A stretch of DNA of 16,026 bases from Candidatus Woesearchaeota archaeon (GCA_964573185.1 CAZNIQ010000016.1:1-16026), one strand, 5' to 3'. Shown: positions 1 through 6,108, numbered from the stretch's first letter. The notes: generated by a model from the sequence alone, not told the origin. Numbers and translations: made by a program.

Positions 1-112
1 TTTCAATTATTTCAAAGTCTAATTCATCTCCTTTTTTCCATTTTAATATTTTCTCGACTATTTGCTTTGGGAGGTAAACAAAATACGAACCTTTTAACAT
101 TTGAAGTTTCAT
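1..112 (-). CDS. 5' end (37 codons) of a gene cut by the window edge. The N-terminus resembles a SpoVT/AbrB-type (VapB/MazE-like) DNA-binding domain.
   Basis: Not in the ORF track. A reverse-strand ATG at 112..110 opens a frame with no stop through position 1: MKLQMLKGSYFVYLPKQIVEKILKWKKGDELDFEIIE. The pattern v-x-LPK-x-I-x-E-K-(4)-K-x-GD-x-L-x-F-E matches the AbrB/SpoVT looped-hinge-helix signature. The other two reverse frames contain stops. An A/T box at 134..142 is centred 26 nt upstream of the ATG. Confidence 0.45.
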   Translation of the reverse strand, partial: MKLQMLKGSYFVYLPKQIVEKILKWKKGDELDFEIIE

Positions 113-133
113 ATATGTTAAATCATAGTAAAA

Positions 134-142
134 TTTATAAAA
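134..142. promoter_or_regulatory. Shared TATA-like box (TTTATAAAA) between divergent leaderless genes starting at 112 (-) and 163 (+)
   Basis: The box centre at 138 is 26 nt from the reverse ATG (112) and 25 nt from the forward ATG (163). The same spacing recurs upstream of most first genes in this window. Confidence 0.5.
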
Positions 143-162
143 TAGCACATATAATATTCCAT

Positions 163-924
163 ATGAAAATTAATATGAATAAAAAGGACTTTCTTTACAT
201 AGCAGGTTTAATTCAGAGCGATGTAAGTATAAGAGAACACAAAGGGGAAATATATCTGGAAATAAAGAGCTCCAGAATAGATATGCTTAATTTATTCAAA
301 AAAGTTTTGAGAAAATATGTAGATAATTTTTATGAAAAATATTATAAAAAGGGACATCAAGTAAAAATTCCATCTATTAAAATATATGCAAGAATAACAA
401 AAAATAATTTTTATTTCAAAGATTTTCAAAAATTATTAGAAATTAAAAAAGATTATACAAAAATAAAGAATTTTATATCTTCTCAAGAAGATGCCTTATG
501 GTTCTTTTTAGGTTTATTTGATGGAGATGGAAGCTATGAAATAAAGCCAGATCTTTATATAAGAATTAGGATAACGCAAAGAAGAAGAGATTTCTTAGAG
601 TTTGTAAAGGAAATACTATTAAGATTTGGAATAGCATGTAGCGTTTGTAAAGATGGATATAGTAGAGACGGTAAAGAAAAATATGCCATCAATATCCTCA
701 CAACAAGTGTTAAAGAAGTATCAGAGTTTATAGCGGATAACTCTAAACATACTGAAAGAAAGGTTAGGGCTCTTATTGGGCTTGAAATAATGAAATTGAA
801 GAAAGTAGATATTAATAAAGCAAGAGAACTAAGAAAGAGATTATATGACTGGATAAAATTTTACAAAGAAAAGATAAGGATATATAGCAAAAAGGGTAGC
901 ATAACTTTAAAAGATTTTCTTTAA
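163..924 (+). CDS. Free-standing double-motif LAGLIDADG homing-endonuclease-like protein (about 253 aa)
   Basis: There are two LAGLIDADG-type motifs, IAGLIQSDV near the N-terminus and FLGLFDGDG mid-protein. Both retain Asp at motif position 8. I moved the start from the track's TTG at 67 to the ATG at 163 (MKINMNKKDFLY...). Reasons: the motif normally sits about 10 aa from the N-terminus, a TATA-like box lies 25 nt upstream, and the 67..162 extension overlaps the reverse-strand gene start. Confidence 0.8.
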   Translation: MKINMNKKDFLYIAGLIQSDVSIREHKGEIYLEIKSSRIDMLNLFKKVLRKYVDNFYEKYYKKGHQVKIPSIKIYARITKNNFYFKDFQKLLEIKKDYTKIKNFISSQEDALWFFLGLFDGDGSYEIKPDLYIRIRITQRRRDFLEFVKEILLRFGIACSVCKDGYSRDGKEKYAINILTTSVKEVSEFIADNSKHTERKVRALIGLEIMKLKKVDINKARELRKRLYDWIKFYKEKIRIYSKKGSITLKDFL

Positions 925-944
925 ATGTTATCACTGGTAAGTAA

Positions 945-1017
945 CGCCGCCGCCGGGATTCGAACCCGGGTCACGGGCTCGACAGGCCCGCATGCTAGAC
1001 CGCTACACCACGGCGGC
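945..1017 (-). tRNA. tRNA-Asp (anticodon GUC), 73 nt, no encoded CCA, no intron
   Basis: The reverse complement is GCCGCCGTGGTGTAGCGGTCTAGCATGCGGGCCTGTCGAGCCCGTGACCCGGGTTCGAATCCCGGCGGCGGCG. It folds by hand into a cloverleaf with a 7-bp acceptor stem GCCGCCG/CGGCGGC. The anticodon stem is CGGGC/GCCCG with loop CUGUCGA. The T arm is CCGGG-TTCGAAT-CCCGG. Confidence 0.95.
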
Positions 1018-1055
1018 TTGATAAAATAAGATGTACTATAATAACTTTTTAAATT

Positions 1056-1391
1056 TTAAACCCTTCCATATTCATCTTCTAATCTTACTATATCATTTTC
1101 ATCCAGCTTTTCTCCAACCCAAACTTCTATAATAACTAAATCTTCTTTGCCATCGTTTATAATTCTATGTTTTACTGTCCTAGGAACTTTGAGAAAAATT
1201 CCCGGTTCCAAATCGATTTCAGTATCATCCAATATTGCTTTACCTTTTCCTTTTAAAACTATCCAGTATTCATCTCTATAATTGTGATATTGCAAGCTCG
1301 TTTTTCCTCCGGGTTTAATAACCAACTCTTTTATTAGGTAATCTTTACCTTTATATAGAACTTTAAAATGCCCCCAAGGTCTTATTTCCAT
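1056..1391 (-). CDS. Cupin-domain protein, similar to the C-terminal domain of type II phosphomannose isomerase
   Basis: The sequence RPWGHF...IKPGGKTSLQYHNYRDEYWIVLKGKG...H matches the cupin signature of the RPWG...SLQ-H-R-E-W mannose-6-phosphate isomerase family. An A/T box at 1413..1422 is centred about 26 nt upstream of the ATG at 1391. Confidence 0.85.
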   Translation of the reverse strand: MEIRPWGHFKVLYKGKDYLIKELVIKPGGKTSLQYHNYRDEYWIVLKGKGKAILDDTEIDLEPGIFLKVPRTVKHRIINDGKEDLVIIEVWVGEKLDENDIVRLEDEYGRV

Positions 1392-1695
1392 AGAATTATT
1401 TGATGTTTCAAAATTTAAATTAACGTTTCTGATTTATAAACGGAAACCAAATAGTAATCGTATGGAAATAAATATACAGCTAGAAAAATAAAATCAAAAC
1501 AGATTTATTTTAAAATCAGAGGATAATAAATTAGTTTTAATCCTATTTTCATGGAAGAAACTAAAAATGTGAACATGTTGAAGTATTGATAAGAAAATAT
1601 TGAAGGAAATTATGTACGTTATAGTTACTAAGAGTTTATGGAATAAAGAAAATAATTTTGAAGGTATTTGATGGGGTTGTGAAAGAAATTTCTAA

Positions 1696-1743
1696 TCAGC
1701 GTAGTCTAGCGTCATCATTGTCAGCACCGAAGTTCCTCATCAT
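1696..1743 (-). ncRNA. C/D box sRNA (2'-O-methylation guide). Coordinates run from the first C-box nt to the last D-box nt, and the true ends may extend a few nt.
   Basis: The reverse strand reads AUGAUGA-GGAACUUCGGUG-CUGA-CA-AUGAUGA-CGCUAGACUACG-CUGA. This gives perfect C and C' boxes (RUGAUGA), perfect D' and D boxes (CUGA), and two guides of exactly 12 nt, the canonical archaeal architecture. It is intergenic and relatively G+C-rich. Confidence 0.85.
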
Positions 1744-1752
1744 AAAGTAAGT

Positions 1753-1760
1753 TTTATAAA
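1753..1760 (+). promoter_or_regulatory. TATA-like box (TTTATAAA) for the 1785..3528 gene string
   Basis: It is centred about 28 nt upstream of the GTG start at 1785. No Shine-Dalgarno sequence lies in between. Confidence 0.4.
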
Positions 1761-1764
1761 GAGG

Positions 1765-1774
1765 TTTATTAAAA
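1765..1774 (-). promoter_or_regulatory. TATA-like box (reverse strand TTTTAATAAA) for the C/D sRNA at 1696..1743
   Basis: It is centred 26-27 nt upstream of the first C-box nucleotide (1743). This is the same spacing seen for leaderless mRNAs in the window. Confidence 0.4.
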
Positions 1775-1784
1775 GGTTGTTTAC

Positions 1785-2078
1785 GTGAAGAGCAAAATAG
1801 ACGCGCTTAAAAAGGGTTTTATTTCCGGTTTAGAGGGCATTATAGCAGAATTAACATCAGATTATAAAACTCTTAGTAAAATAAAAGAAGTAGAGTCAAG
1901 GTATGTTGGTTCTCGCTTAGAGAAGTATTATAATTTTGGTGATTTGCTTGGAAACGTCTCCCTTTTAGCATATTTATTAGTAGTTCCGTATCTCACCCTT
2001 ATAGAGCAGCACTATTCTTTACTAGGAGCTCCATTTTTAATATACCTCGCTTATAGATATATCAAAAACAGGAGATGA
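1785..2078 (+). CDS. Hypothetical small protein with a hydrophobic C-terminal half (probably membrane-associated)
   Basis: 97-aa ORF with a GTG start. The C-terminal half (LLGNVSLLAYLLVVPYLTLI...GAPFLIYLAY) looks like one or two TM helices. Its stop overlaps the downstream ttuA-like start (ATGA), suggesting co-translation. I recognise no family. Confidence 0.6.
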   Translation: MKSKIDALKKGFISGLEGIIAELTSDYKTLSKIKEVESRYVGSRLEKYYNFGDLLGNVSLLAYLLVVPYLTLIEQHYSLLGAPFLIYLAYRYIKNRR

Positions 2079-2962
2079 AATGCAAATATTGTGGTAGGAG
2101 AGCCGTAATCAAAACAATTGAAGGTCCTTTATGTAGAGATCATTTTAAAGAATATTACTTAAGAACCGTAAAGAAAACTATTGAGAAATATAATTTATTT
2201 AAGAAAAGTGATAAGATTTTAGTTGCTGTTTCAGGTGGTAAAGATTCTTCAGCATTAGCTTACGCTTTATATGAATTAGGTTACGAGTTTGAAGGACTTT
2301 ATATTAATTTAGAGATTCCAAATTATTCTGAATACTGTGAAAAGTATGTAAAAGAATTATTTAAGCTCTTAGGTTACAAGCTAAATATAATAAGAGTTTC
2401 AGATTATGGAGTAAAAGTTCAAAGAGTTGGACCAAGACCAGTATGTGCAGTATGTGGTATAATCAAAAGATACCTTATGAATAAATTTGCTTATGAAAAT
2501 GGATTTGATGTTGTTGCTACAGCACATAATCTTACTGATGAAGCCGCTTTTATGTTAAATAATTTATATGGCGGAAAGCTAGACTATTTTTTGAAACAAG
2601 GTCCTGTAATTCCAGAGGGCCCTAAATTAGTTAAAAAAGTAAAACCCCTGTATTTTTTAACGGAAAAAGAAAATATGGTTTATGCTTTAATAAATAATTT
2701 GCCTGTTTGTCATAGGGAATGTCCAAACGCAAAAGGAAATACTCAAATAAAATGGAAAAGAGCATTGTATTTAATAGATAACGAGGTTCCCTTCTTTTCC
2801 TATAAATTTGTTAGATCAATGCTAAATCTCAAAAAATATGTTAAGTATGAAAGAAAAACCAAATGGCAATTCTGTAAGATATGTGGTTATCCTACTGAAG
2901 CTAAAGATGGTATATGTGCTTTTTGTAAAATAAGGATGTATTTTCAAAAACAAAATGAATGA
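2075..2962 (+). CDS. ttuA: TtuA/NcsA-family tRNA 2-thiolation PP-loop ATPase
   Basis: It has the PP-loop SGGKDS. There is an N-terminal zinc finger (CKYC...CRDH) and a C-terminal zinc finger (CKIC...CAFC). Central Cys residues (CAVC plus CHREC) fit the [4Fe-4S] ligands of TtuA-type enzymes. Confidence 0.85.
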   Translation: MKCKYCGRRAVIKTIEGPLCRDHFKEYYLRTVKKTIEKYNLFKKSDKILVAVSGGKDSSALAYALYELGYEFEGLYINLEIPNYSEYCEKYVKELFKLLGYKLNIIRVSDYGVKVQRVGPRPVCAVCGIIKRYLMNKFAYENGFDVVATAHNLTDEAAFMLNNLYGGKLDYFLKQGPVIPEGPKLVKKVKPLYFLTEKENMVYALINNLPVCHRECPNAKGNTQIKWKRALYLIDNEVPFFSYKFVRSMLNLKKYVKYERKTKWQFCKICGYPTEAKDGICAFCKIRMYFQKQNE

Positions 2963-3227
2963 AAAATTATTTTTAGATTTCCTTAAGAAATTAAAATTTT
3001 ATAATGATAAAGAAGACATGTTTATTCCATTAGACTTATTAGCAGAAATTGGCAAACGCTCTTTAAACATTTTTATTGAAAATATGTTAAGTACTTACTA
3101 TGATAAAGCAGACTTTTCCTTACAATGGTCCCCCTCAGTACAAGATGCTATAAAAATTTTAGCAGAATGTGTAATATCTACATATTATAAAATTGGCAGA
3201 AAGCTTAGAAAAAGAAGTAGATCCTAA
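2955..3227 (+). CDS. Hypothetical protein, possibly the N-terminal part of a frameshifted gene continuing in 3193..3528
   Basis: 90-aa ORF whose last 11 residues (IGRKLRKRSRS) are low-complexity basic. It overlaps the next ORF by 35 nt. See the frameshift finding. Confidence 0.5.
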   Translation: MNEKLFLDFLKKLKFYNDKEDMFIPLDLLAEIGKRSLNIFIENMLSTYYDKADFSLQWSPSVQDAIKILAECVISTYYKIGRKLRKRSRS

Positions 3228-3528
3228 TGCTTTGGGATTTTTTGATGGCGTAAAAATTTATGTATCATACTATCCAGACGTTTTCTTTCATGAATTAGTT
3301 CATATGTTTCTAGCTTACAAACCCGAATTATTAGAAGAATTTTATGAAAAGTTAATGACAAACCCTCCGAGGGGTATTAAAAAAGAGGAGATTAAAGAAA
3401 TAGAAATGAGATTTGCTATGCTGTATGATAAGGAAATTTTAAAAGAAGAGGTTATTGCAGAAGCCCTCTCAAGATATCTAATTAGAAGAACTAAAGAAAT
3501 TATCTTAAAAGAACTAGCAAATCAGTAA
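3193..3528 (+). CDS. Hypothetical HExxH-motif protein (putative zinc metallopeptidase-like), possibly the C-terminal part of a frameshifted gene
   Basis: It contains FFHELVHMF (HExxH). The only possible start is a TTG at 3193, with no Shine-Dalgarno sequence and no promoter. The frame is open from 3175. Confidence 0.5.
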   Translation: MAESLEKEVDPNALGFFDGVKIYVSYYPDVFFHELVHMFLAYKPELLEEFYEKLMTNPPRGIKKEEIKEIEMRFAMLYDKEILKEEVIAEALSRYLIRRTKEIILKELANQ

Positions 3529-3569
3529 ATGGGATTTTCATCATAATCAGAGTTTTCGTCCTTCATCAT
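3522..3569 (-). ncRNA. C/D box sRNA (box-to-box coordinates)
   Basis: The reverse strand reads AUGAUGA-AGGACGAAAACU-CUGA-UU-AUGAUGA-AAAUCCCAUUUA-CUGA. All four boxes are perfect and both guides are 12 nt. The D box (3522..3525) overlaps the last sense codon (CAG, 3523..3525) of the convergent ORF 3193..3528, directly next to its TAA stop (3526..3528). Confidence 0.85.
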
Positions 3570-3590
3570 TAAATTATTTAAAGGGTAGTA

Positions 3591-3600
3591 TTATATAAAA
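3591..3600 (-). promoter_or_regulatory. TATA-like box (reverse strand TTTTATATAA) for the C/D sRNA at 3522..3569
   Basis: It is centred 26-27 nt upstream of the first C-box nucleotide (3569). It interleaves with a second A/T box (about 3573..3583) that sits 26-27 nt upstream of the forward ATG at 3605. Confidence 0.4.
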
Positions 3601-3604
3601 AGTC

Positions 3605-4078
3605 ATGTATGTACCACCATTCTGTAATAGAGATGAAAAAGATGGAAAGCTAATAATAAAAGGTAGTAACTGTCTATATGAGATAAATGAGAAGGTCAAA
3701 GAAGTTCAAGTAGAATGTGTATACTGTAATATATCAATTTATAGAAACATTGATAAGTTGATTATAAAAGGAAGTAGGAATAATGTTTGGTTTAGTTTTG
3801 GTACAAATACTAATTATTTGGGTTGCTTCGGAGATCAGAATCATATTTATTTAAGATACTTAAAGGTCGTTCTAAAGGAGAAAGGGATATTGAGAAAGAG
3901 ATATCATCTGGAAGAATTTCATCCTAAAATTGAAATTAACGGAAATGATAACATAATTGTTGTTGAAAGAGCTGATATAGTAGTGAATGGAAAAAAGAAA
4001 GTGCTAGAGCATTACACTCTGGATGAAATTCTTGAGCATCTGAAAGAAAGATATAAAATAAGTGTTAAAGTAAGGTAA
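3605..4078 (+). CDS. Hypothetical protein (157 aa) with an internal KLIIKGS repeat
   Basis: The ORF has an A/T box at the leaderless distance. It is followed 4 nt later by the GTPase gene. GKLIIKGSN and DKLIIKGSRNN occur 36 aa apart. I recognise no family. Confidence 0.65.
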   Translation: MYVPPFCNRDEKDGKLIIKGSNCLYEINEKVKEVQVECVYCNISIYRNIDKLIIKGSRNNVWFSFGTNTNYLGCFGDQNHIYLRYLKVVLKEKGILRKRYHLEEFHPKIEINGNDNIIVVERADIVVNGKKKVLEHYTLDEILEHLKERYKISVKVR

Positions 4079-4082
4079 TTTT

Positions 4083-5276
4083 ATGTCTTTATTAGTTGGA
4101 ATCGTTGGAAAGCCTAATGTTGGAAAATCAACTTTTTTCAAAGCTTTAACTATGATACCTGTTGAAATAGCAAATTATCCTTTTACAACAATAGAACCCA
4201 ATGAAGGTGTAGCTTATGTTAAAATAGAATGCGTTGAAAAATACTTTAATGTTAAATGCAATCCTAGAACGGGATTTTGCAAAAAAGGATTTAGGTTTGT
4301 TCCTGTAAAAATTATGGATGTCGCAGGATTAGTACCAGGGGCGCATGAAGGAAGGGGATTAGGAAATCAATTTTTAGATAACTTAAGACAAGCAGATGTG
4401 CTTATTCATGTTATAGATGTTTCGGGATCCACGGATTCTGAAGGAAAGCCTGTAGAACCCGGATCTTATGATCCATCACAAGATATTCTTTGGTTAGAAG
4501 ATGAAATAGATTATTGGTTTTATAATGTTTTGAAAAAGAACTTGAAGAAAATTGAAAGAAAAATAGAGATAGAAAAAGATAAGGCTATAGATCTCATACA
4601 TCAAAGTATTTCAGGATTGAAAATAAAGAGAGAACATGTTATTGAAGCATTAAGAAAAGCAAATTTATCGCCAGAAGAATTAATTAAAAATGAGGAGAAT
4701 TTATTAATGTTTGCTAAAGAGTTAAGGAAAATATCCAAACCAATTATAATTGCTGCAAATAAAATAGATGTTGAAACTTCTGAAAGATTTTTAAAGAAAT
4801 TGCAAAAAGAATTCCCTGATAGAATTATCGTTCCTACATCCGCTTTTGCAGAAGTAATACTTAAAGAACTGGATAAGCAAGGATACATAGAGTATATTCC
4901 TGGAGAAAAAGATTTTGAAATAAAGAAGACGCCTCCTGAGAAATATAGACAAGCCTTAGAATTTATTAAAGAGAGAATATTAGAAAAATACGGAAGTACT
5001 GGAGTACAAGAGGCTTTAAACGTTGCTGTATTAAACGTTGCAAATTATATACCAGTTTGGCCTGTGGCAAACGAAAAATTAACTGATAAGGAGGGAAGAA
5101 TTTTACCAGATGTTTATTTGGTACCAAAAGGAACAAAAGTAATAGAGCTTGCGGGAATGATTCATTCTGATTTAGCTAAAGGATTTATAAAAGCAAAAGA
5201 ATTAAGAACCGGAAAAATTGTTGGAAAAGATTATGAATTGCAGTTTAATGACGTTATAATGATAATTGCAAAATGA
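4083..5276 (+). CDS. ychF: YchF/OLA1-like Obg-family GTP-binding protein with a C-terminal TGS-like domain
   Basis: The G1 motif GKPNVGKST sits at the extreme N-terminus. It also has NYPFTTIEPN (G2 region), DVAGLV (G3) and NKID (G4). Length and domain order fit archaeal YchF-type proteins. Confidence 0.9.
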   Translation: MSLLVGIVGKPNVGKSTFFKALTMIPVEIANYPFTTIEPNEGVAYVKIECVEKYFNVKCNPRTGFCKKGFRFVPVKIMDVAGLVPGAHEGRGLGNQFLDNLRQADVLIHVIDVSGSTDSEGKPVEPGSYDPSQDILWLEDEIDYWFYNVLKKNLKKIERKIEIEKDKAIDLIHQSISGLKIKREHVIEALRKANLSPEELIKNEENLLMFAKELRKISKPIIIAANKIDVETSERFLKKLQKEFPDRIIVPTSAFAEVILKELDKQGYIEYIPGEKDFEIKKTPPEKYRQALEFIKERILEKYGSTGVQEALNVAVLNVANYIPVWPVANEKLTDKEGRILPDVYLVPKGTKVIELAGMIHSDLAKGFIKAKELRTGKIVGKDYELQFNDVIMIIAK

Positions 5277-6033
5277 AAGTATAAGGTACTAAAAGAGGTA
5301 ATATCGGATGCTCCTTCTCTAATTTTTCAAGACTTTTTTCTATTGTGCTTGGATCTTTCTCTAAAACTTCTGACAGTCGTTGTATAATAGCTTTCCACAT
5401 GGGATGTTCATATTTTCTTTCTATTAATGCTGAAAATGCCTCATCTAAAGAAATATCTTCTTCATACATTTGTTCTAGAATTCTAAAAGATTTCGGATGC
5501 TCTCTTGCTAGAGGTGTTATTATTAAAATTCTTTCAGCATTAGTATTCTCTATTAGAGTTTCCAAATCTTTTCTTTTTAGTGAATATAAACCATAAAGCA
5601 AAAACGTAAATATAGGAGTCGGCAGAGGCACTTCTTCTCTTCCTTTTAAATATTCTGGTTCGTTAGCTAAGATATAACCAAAATTCCCTACCTTGTGTCT
5701 AACTAAAGAATAAAAAGCTACCAATACTGGCTCTAACTTCTTTACATATTTATCCATTATTTTAAATAAATCTTCATATGAGCTCTTTAATAACGAATAC
5801 CTCATTCTATTAGTGTTTAAAGCTTCAATGTATTGCTTTAGGGTATTGTCAACACGTAACCCAACTTCTCCGTAAATTATACCATTTTCAGTTACAATCC
5901 AGATTGGAACGTATTCCTTGCTATTTGGTTTTTCTTTTAATCTTTTTGGTAGAAAGTTATCATCAACAATTACATAAGTATTTCTTTCTCTTGGAAGAAC
6001 ATAATCTTCTGCATATGCAATTTCCTTACCCAT
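5254..6033 (-). CDS. Hypothetical protein (259 aa)
   Basis: A long ORF with non-repetitive composition. An A/T box at 6057..6064 is centred about 27 nt upstream of the ATG at 6033. Its 3' end overlaps the convergent GTPase gene by 23 nt. I recognise no family. Confidence 0.7.
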   Translation of the reverse strand: MGKEIAYAEDYVLPRERNTYVIVDDNFLPKRLKEKPNSKEYVPIWIVTENGIIYGEVGLRVDNTLKQYIEALNTNRMRYSLLKSSYEDLFKIMDKYVKKLEPVLVAFYSLVRHKVGNFGYILANEPEYLKGREEVPLPTPIFTFLLYGLYSLKRKDLETLIENTNAERILIITPLAREHPKSFRILEQMYEEDISLDEAFSALIERKYEHPMWKAIIQRLSEVLEKDPSTIEKSLEKLEKEHPILPLLVPYTFILQLSL

Positions 6034-6108
6034 AAATAGTAATAGATATAGAAAAGATTTTAAATCTATTTTTGGAAAAATAAATGAAAAAAGAAAGTTT
6101 TTAAGTTT

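Noticed and set aside
67-162. N-terminal extension of the LAGLIDADG ORF. The track starts it at a TTG at 67, and frame +1 is actually open from position 1, which raised the possibility of an intein or a longer host protein.
   Set aside because: The upstream translation (FQLFQSLIHLLFSILIFSRLFALGGKQ...) is low-complexity. The opposite strand encodes a sensible AbrB-like N-terminus starting at 112. There are no intein splice blocks: no terminal His-Asn and no N-terminal Cys/Ser junction. A promoter box sits 25 nt upstream of the ATG at 163.
4601-4888. Track ORF antisense to the GTPase gene (95 aa).
   Set aside because: It is fully embedded antisense in a well-supported conserved gene. It has low-complexity S/F/I/L composition, typical of shadow ORFs in A/T-rich DNA.
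5254-5276. Two convergent gene pairs overlap by exactly 23 nt: 5254..5276 and 7566..7588.
   Set aside because: The two overlapping sequences are unrelated (ttataatgataattgcaaaatga versus ctaccaacaatccaaccacctaa). The equal length appears coincidental and reflects a compact genome, not a shared element.
5345-5596. Track ORF antisense to hypothetical gene 5254..6033 (83 aa).
   Set aside because: It is a shadow ORF inside a longer ORF that has a correctly spaced promoter. It has no promoter of its own, and its start is a GTG/TTG-type call.
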